From an uncultured Rikenellaceae bacterium (GTDB lineage Bacteria > Bacteroidota > Bacteroidia > Bacteroidales > Tenuifilaceae): DNA of 48,945 bases. The notes under the pieces are model-generated. The model was not told the origin of the DNA. It worked only from the letters and a program-made list of their open reading frames with translations, and made no database searches. A program made the position numbers and the translations under genes. Of this stretch, positions 30,446 to 39,764 are shown one piece after another (position 1 is the first letter of the stretch; every line of letters begins with the position of its first letter). The stretch lies in assembly GCA_964554585.1 (NCBI GenBank), contig CAZKPD010000003.1:252-49196 (forward strand). The letters run 5' to 3'.

Positions 30446-31768
30446 CTACATATCCTCCAACGACAAACATACCATATCAATCCGATACTTTGGTAACACC
30501 TTATTTTTAAGATGCTCCACCTTTAAGGCCAATAACTCAGGCTTGAAGTTTTTCTTTTGCCGTTTCACTTCTGCTACTACCGCTTGATTTTTCTCCATTT
30601 TCAGCGCAACTATATCAATTTCGTTTTGATTGCCTTTTAGTTCCCACCACGAGCCAATAGCACGATACCGAAAACTCTCGGCAAACTGTTGTTTGAAATA
30701 TCTTTCTAACATATTACCCGAATAGGTTGGATAATCGGATTTTATTATAGTTTGTAAACCAACATAATTCTTTATCTCAATCAAAGAACGATTACGATCA
30801 AAATAGTTAAACCAAAAACGTATGAAATTATCCTGTATCTCGTATCTAACAGCCTGACTTCCTGGCTTTGCAAGTAAAGGCCGTTGTCGAACAATGATAT
30901 TATAGTCTTCAATTAATCGTTTTAGTTGACCTCCTAGGCTTTTGTCTCCCAGTGCAGCTTCGATTTCAGGCTGTGTATTGATGCCGCCCGAAATGGCACT
31001 TAGGATGGAGAAATAGGTGGCATAGTTTTTACCGAACTCTTCTATCAACAAATTTTTCCCTTCATCAGTAAAAGGAGAATTTTCCCGAACCATGAACTCA
31101 ATCATTGTGTCCGTGCTCAATCTAACATTATCACAGAACAACTCAACATATTTGGGAACTCCACCGGTAAAAGAATAGAGAGCAAGCAGATCGTCATTGG
31201 CATAACCAGGATTGTAGTCACTCATAATTTCTTTTAGCGTCGTCAAATCAAAAGCTGAAAGCTTAATAATGTTATCTGCCCTCCCAAATAACGGCTCTTT
31301 CTTGTTTTGAAATATCTTTTGCATCAATGAATAGACAGAACCCGAAACAATCAAATTCATTTTAGACTTCTTGCGATAGGTATCCCAAATATTTTGCATA
31401 TCGCTATACACCGACTCATTGATATTGTAGAATTCTTGGAACTCATCGATAACAAGGTTGAAGGGTTTATGAGAAGCTAGCTCCATTAAATATTGGAACA
31501 ACGAACGAAAAGTTCGTATTTCGGCAGGAACAAATGTGTTGAGCGACTGACTTACAATCGGAATAAACTCGGAACAAAGCGTTGCTTCTCCTTTACGCCC
31601 GACAAACAGATAAACAGTAGGTAAATCTTCAACCGACTTCATTACAAGGCTCGTCTTTCCAACTCTTCTCCTACCTGTTACCACAGTTAAACGAGAATGG
31701 TCATTGAACGACAGACTTTGGATCCGCTTCAGCTCTGCCAACTCGCTTGTTCTATTATAAAATTTCAT
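30446..31768 (-). CDS. Archaeal-type P-loop ATPase + wHTH + DUF234/PD-(D/E)xK nuclease-like domain (COG1672-like)
   Basis: MKFYNR..EL, GRRRVGKT, LVIDEFQ, TGGVPKY, DNFIRFWF, EIDIVA…AEVK; ATG 31768. Confidence 0.88.
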   Translation of the reverse strand: MKFYNRTSELAELKRIQSLSFNDHSRLTVVTGRRRVGKTSLVMKSVEDLPTVYLFVGRKGEATLCSEFIPIVSQSLNTFVPAEIRTFRSLFQYLMELASHKPFNLVIDEFQEFYNINESVYSDMQNIWDTYRKKSKMNLIVSGSVYSLMQKIFQNKKEPLFGRADNIIKLSAFDLTTLKEIMSDYNPGYANDDLLALYSFTGGVPKYVELFCDNVRLSTDTMIEFMVRENSPFTDEGKNLLIEEFGKNYATYFSILSAISGGINTQPEIEAALGDKSLGGQLKRLIEDYNIIVRQRPLLAKPGSQAVRYEIQDNFIRFWFNYFDRNRSLIEIKNYVGLQTIIKSDYPTYSGNMLERYFKQQFAESFRYRAIGSWWELKGNQNEIDIVALKMEKNQAVVAEVKRQKKNFKPELLALKVEHLKNKVLPKYRIDMVCLSLEDM

Positions 31769-31807
31769 ATTTGAATTTAATTTTATCCGCAACAGTTACC
31801 GCCGTAA

Positions 31808-31815
31808 CAAAGATA
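31808..31815 (-). promoter_or_regulatory. sigma-A -7 element for the ATPase gene
   Basis: Reverse complement TATCTTTG; adjacent inverted repeat gctaaaaaa…ttttttagc (31816-31848). Confidence 0.55.
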
Positions 31816-32008
31816 GCTAAAAAACTCAGACTTCCAGATTTTTTTAGCATTTTTATCGTAAGTATCATGTTAATAGCAAAATGACAAATGAAATAATCGT
31901 GTATCAATTCGTGAGGAATTGCAGATTTAGAAACTCATAACATATTGGTTGTCGATTTGGTTATAGGTACGGTTTCCTCTGTCTGGTGGTACGACTCCCA
32001 AAAAATAG

Positions 32009-32037
32009 CCCGCCTTTTTTGAAAGGCGGGTTTTTTT
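32009..32037 (+). terminator. Orphan plus-strand terminator
   Basis: cccgccttt…aaaggcggg plus T7, with no plus-strand gene immediately upstream. Confidence 0.75.
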
Positions 32038-32084
32038 ATGCTCAAACATGCGCTTTGGCTTAAACCATTTTTGATTAAAAACGT

Positions 32085-32092
32085 TAACTTTG
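32085..32092 (+). promoter_or_regulatory. sigma-A -7 element for prfA-pyrF
   Basis: TAACTTTG 18 nt before ATG 32111. Confidence 0.6.
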
Positions 32093-32110
32093 CGGCAACT
32101 TATTCACACT

Positions 32111-33196
32111 ATGGAAGAGAACAGCATACTAAGCAAACTTGAGGGTTTAAAAGCCAAATTCGAAGAAATTGGTCAACAATTAACCGACCCTAATATTACT
32201 TCGGATATGAAAAGATACGTAAGTCTTAACAAAGAGTACCGTGATTTGGAACCTATGGTTGAGGCTTACGATAAATACTACAACATCATGAGCAACATCA
32301 AATCGTCCAAAGATATTCTTATGAACGAGAAGGATGATGAGCTACGTGAGATGGCCAAGGATGAATTAGACCTGCTCGAAGAGCAGCAAGAGGCATTGGA
32401 AGACGAGATTAAACTTATGCTTATCCCTGCCGATCCGCAGGATAGTAAGAATGCGGTGCTGGAAATCCGTGCAGGAACGGGAGGTGATGAGGCCAGTATT
32501 TTTGCCGGCGATCTATACCGTATGTACACCAAAATGTTTGATATCAAAGGCTGGAAATACGATGTAACCCACTTCTCTGAGGGAACCATTGGTGGATACA
32601 AAGAGATTGTGCTCAATGTGCAAGGTGACGGTGTATACGGTATCATGAAATACGAATCGGGGGTTCACAGGGTTCAACGGGTTCCACAAACCGAAACCCA
32701 AGGTAGGGTACACACCTCAGCAGCCACTGTTGCCGTATTGCCCGAAGCCGAAGAGTTTGACATTGAACTGAAGAATGAGGATATCCGCAAGGACACCTAC
32801 TGCTCTTCGGGTCCCGGTGGACAAAGCGTAAATACCACCTACTCAGCCATTCGTCTTACCCATATCCCCTCGGGTATTGTGGTACAATGCCAAGATCAGA
32901 AATCGCAGATTAAAAACTACGAAAAAGCACTTGTGGAGCTGCGCACCCGACTCTACAACCTGGAATACCAAAAGTATCTGGACGATATCTCTTCGAAGCG
33001 TAAAACTATGGTGTCAACGGGTGACCGTTCGGCTAAGATTCGGACCTACAACTACTCGCAGGGTAGGGTAACCGACCATAGAATTAACCTTACGGTTTAC
33101 AATCTTCAATCAGTGATTGATGGAGAACTAGATGAAATTATTGAGAAATTGCAGATTGCAGAAAATGCCGAAAGGCTTAAATTGGCAGAGGTTTAA
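32111..33196 (+). CDS. prfA: Peptide chain release factor 1
   Basis: PQT specificity motif (VQRVPQTE), GPGGQ, IRTYN; ATG 32111. Confidence 0.97.
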   Translation: MEENSILSKLEGLKAKFEEIGQQLTDPNITSDMKRYVSLNKEYRDLEPMVEAYDKYYNIMSNIKSSKDILMNEKDDELREMAKDELDLLEEQQEALEDEIKLMLIPADPQDSKNAVLEIRAGTGGDEASIFAGDLYRMYTKMFDIKGWKYDVTHFSEGTIGGYKEIVLNVQGDGVYGIMKYESGVHRVQRVPQTETQGRVHTSAATVAVLPEAEEFDIELKNEDIRKDTYCSSGPGGQSVNTTYSAIRLTHIPSGIVVQCQDQKSQIKNYEKALVELRTRLYNLEYQKYLDDISSKRKTMVSTGDRSAKIRTYNYSQGRVTDHRINLTVYNLQSVIDGELDEIIEKLQIAENAERLKLAEV

Positions 33197-33229
33197 TATT
33201 ACCTCACAAACCTTTAGCACACTTTCCTA

Positions 33230-34063
33230 ATGACAGCAAACGAACTTTATGAGAATATTAAGCAAAAAGGCAGTTTTCTGTGCGTAGGCCTTGATACCGA
33301 TCTTGACAGAATTCCCAAACATCTGCTTACTAAAGAAGACCCCATATTCGAGTTCAATAAAACCATTGTTGATGCAACAGCATCGTATGCAGTTGCCTTT
33401 AAACCCAACTTGGCATTCTACGAATGCCAAGGCCCATCGGGATGGGAGAGTTTGGCAAAAACCGTGAGCTATATCCGCTCTAATTATCCCAACATTTTCA
33501 TCATTGCCGATGCCAAACGCGGTGATATTGGCAACACTTCTCAGATGTATGCCCGCACCTTTTTCAGGCAAATGGATTTTGATGCAGTAACCCTATCCCC
33601 ATATATGGGACAAGACACCGTTAAACCATTTTTTGAATTTGAGGACAAATGGGTTATCCTACTGGCGTTAACCTCAAACCAAAGCTATGACGATTTTCAG
33701 CTGGAGGTGAATAGCCAAACCAATAGGCAGCTATACGAAACTGTTATTGAAAAATCGAAGCGCTGGGGAACAGAAAATAACACCATGTATGTGGTGGGTG
33801 CAACTAGAGCAGAGATGCTTGCTAAAGTAAGAGAACATACCCCAAACCATTTCTTGCTTATTCCGGGCGTAGGTGCCCAAGGTGGAAGTTTGGAAGAGGT
33901 TGCAAAAAATGGTTTTAACAATCAATGTGGCCTGCTTGTAAACTCATCCCGCGAAATTCTCTATTCCGACAACAGTGTAAACTTTGCCAACGCGGCCCAA
34001 AGTAAAGCCAAAACGCTGCAACAGCAAATGGAGATGTTATTAGAGCAAGCAAACCTTCTATAA
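33230..34063 (+). CDS. pyrF: Orotidine-5'-phosphate decarboxylase
   Basis: [32 protein letters not shown]. Confidence 0.96.
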   Translation: MTANELYENIKQKGSFLCVGLDTDLDRIPKHLLTKEDPIFEFNKTIVDATASYAVAFKPNLAFYECQGPSGWESLAKTVSYIRSNYPNIFIIADAKRGDIGNTSQMYARTFFRQMDFDAVTLSPYMGQDTVKPFFEFEDKWVILLALTSNQSYDDFQLEVNSQTNRQLYETVIEKSKRWGTENNTMYVVGATRAEMLAKVREHTPNHFLLIPGVGAQGGSLEEVAKNGFNNQCGLLVNSSREILYSDNSVNFANAAQSKAKTLQQQMEMLLEQANLL

Positions 34064-34132
34064 CCCTTTTCTTTGCACCTATTCGAACTCCCAGCATGGG
34101 AATGATTCGTAAAATCAAATACACGTACTAAC

Positions 34133-34170
34133 GAAAAAAGCCCATAGCTTTTTAGGCTTATGGGCTTTTC
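34133..34170. terminator. Bidirectional terminator
   Basis: aaaagcccata…tatgggctttt. Confidence 0.8.
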
Positions 34171-34194
34171 TTAATTACAATACCAACTTAACGC

Positions 34195-34965
34195 TTAGTT
34201 CTCTGTCTCTTCTGCAAAGGCACTATCCACAAGGATGCGTCCACAATACTCGCACACAATCACCTTCTTGCGCATCTTAATATCCAGCTGGCGCTGGGGC
34301 GGAATCTTATTAAAGCAACCACCGCAAGCATCACGGTTTACCGGAACAACAGCCAATCCGTTGCGCGCATTCGATCTGATGCGGTTATACGCATTCAACA
34401 GCCTAGGCTCAATATTTTTACGGTACTCTTCCGATTGGCGTTTCAGTTCATCCTCTTCAACCTTGGTTTCTTGAACGATATTTTCCAACTCGGTTTTCTT
34501 GTTGTTAAGATCCAGCATACGATCTGCACGCTTTTCTTCAGCCTCTTCAACAACCAGTTTTTTATCTTTTATTTGCTGGGTGTACTCTTTAATCCTCTTT
34601 TCAGATAGCTCAATCTCTAGTGTTTGAAACTCAATCTCTTTAGAAAGAGAATCGTACTCGCGATTATTGCGAACATTTTTCTGCTGCTCAGAGTACTTTG
34701 CGATAAGATCTTGCGAGTTTTTTATCTCAACCTTTTTGTTAGCCACTTCCTGATTCAACTCATCAAGCTCGCTCTTAAGGTTTTCCACGCGGGTGTCAAG
34801 TCCAGCCAGCTCATCCTCTAAATCTTGAACTTCCAATGGAAGTTCACCTCTCAATGTTTTTATCTCGTCAATCTTAGAATCAATCAGCTGAACCTCATAA
34901 AGGATCTTCAGCTTCTCTTCAACCGGCATATCATTAATTTCGGTCTTTTTTGTTTTTTCTGCCAT
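34195..34965 (-). CDS. Coiled-coil + C4 zinc-ribbon protein (DUF164/COG1579-like)
   Basis: Long coiled coil; CGGC…CEYCGRIL. Confidence 0.9.
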   Translation of the reverse strand: MAEKTKKTEINDMPVEEKLKILYEVQLIDSKIDEIKTLRGELPLEVQDLEDELAGLDTRVENLKSELDELNQEVANKKVEIKNSQDLIAKYSEQQKNVRNNREYDSLSKEIEFQTLEIELSEKRIKEYTQQIKDKKLVVEEAEEKRADRMLDLNNKKTELENIVQETKVEEDELKRQSEEYRKNIEPRLLNAYNRIRSNARNGLAVVPVNRDACGGCFNKIPPQRQLDIKMRKKVIVCEYCGRILVDSAFAEETEN

Positions 34966-34974
34966 ACCTGCTGC

Positions 34975-36069
34975 TTATAAATAGTTAATCGGATTGGTAT
35001 TCGTGCTACTTTTTAGGAGTGCAAAATTAGGCATTTTTTTTGTAAGTAGCTCATAAAAAATATCTACTGATAGCTGTTCGCTCTCATAATGCCCTATATC
35101 TGCAATTACCAGCTTATTCTCTGCCTCAAAAAACTGATGATATTTTATATCTGCTGTAATAAACACATCAACTTTTGCCCCAATAGCATTTTTGATTAGT
35201 TCAGAACCACTCCCCCCGCATAAGGCTACCCTTTGGATAGGCTTACCCAGCAGTGAAGAGTGTTTTACACATGCAACATTAAATAGGGTTTTAATCCTTG
35301 CCAAAAAATCCTCTTCAGCCTCCGGCTTAGAGAGCATCCCTACGGCACCTAGCCCGGCACGCGGATTTCTGTTGAGCAATGGAATAATATCGTAAGCCAC
35401 CTCTTCGTATGGATGCGACTTTAGCATAGCAGAAAGCACTGAACTGAGGATTGGTTTGGGCACAACAACTTCTACTTTAACCTCTGATTCGTGATGTAGC
35501 TCATTTTTACTTCCCACAAAAGGATTAGTCTCGTCACCCGCCTTAAAAGTCCCTACTCCAGAAGTGTTAAAAGAGCACTCATCATAGTTCCCAATCTGCC
35601 CTGCTCCAGCCTCAAACATCGCTTTTCGCACCACTTGGGAATGGCTTTCGGGAACAAATACCGCCAACTTTACTAATCGGTCTTGCTGAGGTTCTAAAAC
35701 CTGAATCTGCTCAAGCCCAATTCTGCGCGCCAGCTCAATATTTACCCCACCCCAAACCACATCCAAATTGGTGTGCGCAGCATAAATAGCAATATCGTGT
35801 TTTATGGCTTTAATAATTACTTTTTCGGTTTGGTTAGCTCCGGTAATGCGTTTAATTCCTCCGAAAATGAGCGGATGATGCGATACGATAAGGTTAGCTC
35901 CTTTAGCAAGAGCCTCATCAATAACCTCAGCAGTAACGTCCACGCAAAGCAGAACAGCCTTAACCTCTGTATGGGATGCTCCTATGAGCAGTCCTGCATT
36001 ATCATAAGACTCCTGATAGCCAAGGGGAGCAAACTCCTCAATAAAACCTACTACCTCTTTAACCGTCAT
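34975..36069 (-). CDS. Nif3/YbgI-like dinuclear metal-centre protein with PII-like insertion
   Basis: YDNAGL, SHHPLIF, HTNLD, HPYEE, GHYESE. Confidence 0.93.
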   Translation of the reverse strand: MTVKEVVGFIEEFAPLGYQESYDNAGLLIGASHTEVKAVLLCVDVTAEVIDEALAKGANLIVSHHPLIFGGIKRITGANQTEKVIIKAIKHDIAIYAAHTNLDVVWGGVNIELARRIGLEQIQVLEPQQDRLVKLAVFVPESHSQVVRKAMFEAGAGQIGNYDECSFNTSGVGTFKAGDETNPFVGSKNELHHESEVKVEVVVPKPILSSVLSAMLKSHPYEEVAYDIIPLLNRNPRAGLGAVGMLSKPEAEEDFLARIKTLFNVACVKHSSLLGKPIQRVALCGGSGSELIKNAIGAKVDVFITADIKYHQFFEAENKLVIADIGHYESEQLSVDIFYELLTKKMPNFALLKSSTNTNPINYL

Positions 36070-36080
36070 ACGTCGGAGTT

Positions 36081-36416
36081 CTAAAGCATTTCTTTCACTT
36101 CGAGGAGCATTCCTCTAATGGATTTTAGGGATTCTACAACCTCAAAATTATTGATTGTCCCCTCCTTATTCTCTTCTAGCCTTTTACGGGCCCCTTCGAG
36201 GGTGAGCCGTTGCTCTTTGACCAAATGGTAGATAAGCTTAAAGTTTTCAATATCGGCTTTAGTAAAAAGGCGATTCCCCTTCTTGTTCTTTTTGGGTTTG
36301 ATAATGGTGAAATTCTTCTCCCAAAATCGAATTAACGAAGTGTTAACATCAAACATGTCTGCCACCTCGCCAATGGAATAGTACAATTTTTCAACTCTTT
36401 TCTCGGAATGGGGCAT
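36081..36416 (-). CDS. Small MerR-family HTH regulator
   Basis: KLYYSIGEVA…LIRFWEK…GNRLF. Confidence 0.9.
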   Translation of the reverse strand: MPHSEKRVEKLYYSIGEVADMFDVNTSLIRFWEKNFTIIKPKKNKKGNRLFTKADIENFKLIYHLVKEQRLTLEGARKRLEENKEGTINNFEVVESLKSIRGMLLEVKEML

Positions 36417-36420
36417 GGTT

Positions 36421-37512
36421 TTATTCTTTTATATTTATGAGTCCTTGGGATGTTATGGTTAATGGTGATTCAGGGAAATCTATATCTGTCAATCGAATCA
36501 ACTCGTTAATAACCTGATTATCGGGATCAGGGAAAGCACCCCCAGAGCCCTTTTGAACAATCGGAAAAATCTGACCCTTTACAAACTTACCATTTTTATC
36601 GACAAAAACCTTAACAATTGGAGCAAAACCATTTGGACCCTGCAAGTTAAATCGGCCATAGGTACTAAAATTCCCAAGGCTATAGGCAATAAACCTCCCC
36701 TTATATAGGTCAATAGCACGCGTTACATGGGGCCCATGGCCAAAAACCACATCGGCACCGGCATCAATCACATGACGGGCAAATTCGTATACGTTCCCTC
36801 TATCCTCACCATAAAAGAACTCTGTGGTACGGGTAACGTGCCTATGCTGCGCACCTTCTGCTCCCCCATGGAACGAAACGATAACAATATCAGACTGCTC
36901 CTTCAGCTCAGCTACAATACGCTTTGCTGCGGGAATGTCGTTTATATTACAAGTTCCCTTGTTGGGTGCAAAAGCGCAGAATCCTATCTTAAGCCCATTT
37001 CGCTCAAAAATTGAGGTAGGATGAGTCAATAATCCCCCATAGTAAATCCCTACAGAATCTAGTAGAGCAACCGTTCTTCTTCGCCCGGCATCCCCAAAAT
37101 CGCCCATATGATTGTTTGCCAGGCTTAGCACATCAAATCCGGATGAAACTAAGCAGTCAACATACTTTTCGGGCATTTTAAAAGCATAGCATTTAGTGGT
37201 ATCCTGACAATTTTTAGCCACCTTACCCTCATTTAAGAAGCAACCTTCTAGGTTGCCAAAGGTTACATCTGCATTGGAAAGGATATGGTTCACCTGCTCA
37301 AGAAGAGGGCTACAGTCATTTTTGGGTGGCAAATATTTTTTGCTAGGGAAATGGCTTCCCAGCATGATATCGCCAACCCCAATAATGCTAAATAAATCCT
37401 GACTCAAAGAGTCTACAGGAACACGGGAAGAGGAATGGCTTGCAAAGGAGCCAAAAAAAAGGAAAACTGTAACAGTAAAAAGGGATTGGGCTTTACCTAA
37501 AAATCTATTCAT
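36421..37512 (-). CDS. CapA/PGA_cap family metallophosphoesterase-fold protein
   Basis: GDIM, GNLEG, ANNH, HGG.E, GHGPH, YSLGNF; ATG 37512 gives a signal peptide. Confidence 0.9.
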   Translation of the reverse strand: MNRFLGKAQSLFTVTVFLFFGSFASHSSSRVPVDSLSQDLFSIIGVGDIMLGSHFPSKKYLPPKNDCSPLLEQVNHILSNADVTFGNLEGCFLNEGKVAKNCQDTTKCYAFKMPEKYVDCLVSSGFDVLSLANNHMGDFGDAGRRRTVALLDSVGIYYGGLLTHPTSIFERNGLKIGFCAFAPNKGTCNINDIPAAKRIVAELKEQSDIVIVSFHGGAEGAQHRHVTRTTEFFYGEDRGNVYEFARHVIDAGADVVFGHGPHVTRAIDLYKGRFIAYSLGNFSTYGRFNLQGPNGFAPIVKVFVDKNGKFVKGQIFPIVQKGSGGAFPDPDNQVINELIRLTDIDFPESPLTITSQGLINIKE

Positions 37513-37559
37513 GGTTTCACAAAACAAAATTGTTTGAAGCCCACCTAGCAAATCCGATA

Positions 37560-38531
37560 TTAGTCTAACGATTGTCCGCTTTGAGCTGCCAATTCTATGA
37601 TTTTATCGTACTCCTCGGGGGTAAGGTCGTTAAAATAGAAGTTTATGGGATTGATGGGCTCATCGTTTTTGCGCACTTCATAATGCAGGTGTGGCGCCAT
37701 GCTCATGCCCGTATTTCCTACCAACCCTATTACTTCGCCTCGCTTTACTTTTTGACCCGTTTTAACCAATATCTGGCTTTGGTGAGCATAAAGGGTTTTA
37801 TACCCAAATCCATGGTCGATAATCACAGTGTTTCCATAGCCACGGGCAGAATGTACCACTGCAGAAACCTTCCCGTCACCTGTAGCGTATATCTCAGTAC
37901 CTGTTGGCGCAGTAAAGTCCATGCCTGTATGCATCTTAAGCACTTTATAGAAAGGGTGCATGCGAACGCCAAAGGGTGATGCTACACGTTTTAAATCCTT
38001 ATTTGAAATGGGTTGAATGGCCGGGATACATGCAATCATTTCCTCCTTGCGTTTGGCCAATTCAATCACCTCGTCAAATGATTTGGATTGAACATAAATT
38101 TGCTTGGCCAGCCTATCCATCCTTTTGGCCGTTTCGGCCACAATCTCTGAATTGGGCAATCCCTTGAGATCGGCATACCTATCTACTCCACCAATACCGG
38201 CCTGACGATAGGTACTGGGAACAGGTTCGGCCTCAAATATGGTGCGATAAATATTGTTGTCACGCTGTTCTATATCATCGAGTACCAGCGCAATATGGTC
38301 GAATCGCTTATTGAATACCTCAAGCTGCACAAGCAACTCCTCATTCTCTCTTTGCAACCCCCTCTCTTGAGGTGTATCAAAAAAGAAGGAGAAGATTACA
38401 TAATAGATAACCGAAACCACGATGCTAAGTAGGAAGTAGTTTAACCATTTTAGCAACTTCTTCCTTAAGGATGCTCTCTCCTTAATAAAGACTAGCGAGT
38501 CTGGATTAAACCTATATTTTTGTTTTTGCAT
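37560..38531 (-). CDS. M23 family peptidase (TM + coiled coil + LytM domain)
   Basis: HTGMD, GYGN, YAH, PHLHYEV; ATG 38531. Confidence 0.93.
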   Translation of the reverse strand: MQKQKYRFNPDSLVFIKERASLRKKLLKWLNYFLLSIVVSVIYYVIFSFFFDTPQERGLQRENEELLVQLEVFNKRFDHIALVLDDIEQRDNNIYRTIFEAEPVPSTYRQAGIGGVDRYADLKGLPNSEIVAETAKRMDRLAKQIYVQSKSFDEVIELAKRKEEMIACIPAIQPISNKDLKRVASPFGVRMHPFYKVLKMHTGMDFTAPTGTEIYATGDGKVSAVVHSARGYGNTVIIDHGFGYKTLYAHQSQILVKTGQKVKRGEVIGLVGNTGMSMAPHLHYEVRKNDEPINPINFYFNDLTPEEYDKIIELAAQSGQSLD

Positions 38532-38655
38532 TATTCTGCTTTTGTCAAAAAGAAAACCGAGCAAATATACAAAAAGATTGTATTGCTATAGGTCTTAAAT
38601 AAAACTAAAAATACAAGAATTGAAGATCAATAAGCAGAAAGTCAGATTTTTAGCT

Positions 38656-39612
38656 CTAGTCCATTGCAGTTACGCTATTCACCATGCTTTCGTACTCTTC
38701 GGTAGTCATATCATTAAAGTAATTCAACGGATCAACTACTTTACCGCGATAGATTACCTCATAGTGAAGGTGTGGCCCAGTGCTTCGACCGGTATTCCCA
38801 AGTGTACCTAAAATCTGTCCACGAATTAGGGTGTCTCCTACAGTAACCTTTATGGCATCAAGGTGTGCATACCTTGTTTTATACCCAAATCCATGGTCAA
38901 CAATCACCGTATTGCCATACCCAAAGAACGAGTGTTGAGCATACTCAACCACTCCATTACCGGCGGTATAAATGGGGACACCCTGTTTGCCGGAGAAATC
39001 AATCCCATGGTGGAATCTACGCTCACTTGTAAAGGGGTCTTTTCGCGAACCGAAGTAATCGGATATTCTATAAAGGTCTTTAATGGACACCGGTTGGATG
39101 GCCGGTACACTGGCAATCATTTTCTCCTTATTCTTAGCCAATTCCACAACCTCGTCAAACGATTTGGACTGCACGTAGGTTTGCCAGGTCAGCTGGTCTA
39201 TCTTGGTGGCTAGGCCAATTAGCAAATCGGCCGACTTGAGGTTATTAAACTCGGCATAGTAAGCAACGCCACCCATACCACCTGCTCTAAGCGAAGAGGG
39301 AATGGTATCGGCATCAAAAATGGAGCGGTAGATCTTATTGTCGCGGGTTTGCAGTTCGGCCAAAAAACGGTTTGACTCATCCACTTGACGCGCAAGCAGA
39401 TCATACCGTACCAGTATTTCTGCATTGTTGCGTTTCAGTATTTTTAACTTGGGAGTATCAAAAAATGAGGAGTAGACCAGAAAAACAATAACCGCCACCA
39501 ATAGGCTTAAACCAAATTGAATTGTTAAATTTGTAAACTTTTTAAGAACAGAAACCTGAATAGGCTCAAACGAAAGGGTATGGGGATTATACCTAAATCT
39601 CTTCTTTGCCAT
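38656..39612 (-). CDS. M23 family peptidase, tandem paralog
   Basis: HHGID, GYGN, YAH, PHLHYEV. Confidence 0.93.
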   Translation of the reverse strand: MAKKRFRYNPHTLSFEPIQVSVLKKFTNLTIQFGLSLLVAVIVFLVYSSFFDTPKLKILKRNNAEILVRYDLLARQVDESNRFLAELQTRDNKIYRSIFDADTIPSSLRAGGMGGVAYYAEFNNLKSADLLIGLATKIDQLTWQTYVQSKSFDEVVELAKNKEKMIASVPAIQPVSIKDLYRISDYFGSRKDPFTSERRFHHGIDFSGKQGVPIYTAGNGVVEYAQHSFFGYGNTVIVDHGFGYKTRYAHLDAIKVTVGDTLIRGQILGTLGNTGRSTGPHLHYEVIYRGKVVDPLNYFNDMTTEEYESMVNSVTAMD

Positions 39613-39764
39613 TTTATGTTCTTAGAATTGGAGCAACCGATTAATTTTAACCACAAAAATGCAAAACTAAACAAATTTAAAGCATTTATTTATTTTTGCA
39701 AAAAAATAATGTGCTATAAGTTACCGCAAAACCCAATATTTCCTTTAATCCAAACAGTAATTTT

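Larger units (their letters stand above)
30203..31995. mobile_element. Decayed tRNA-Phe-integrated islet (no integrase)
   Basis: tRNA 3' end ctggtggcaccac (30203-30215) recurs as ctggtggtacgac (31983-31995) followed by an orphan terminator; AT-rich cargo gene. Confidence 0.45.
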
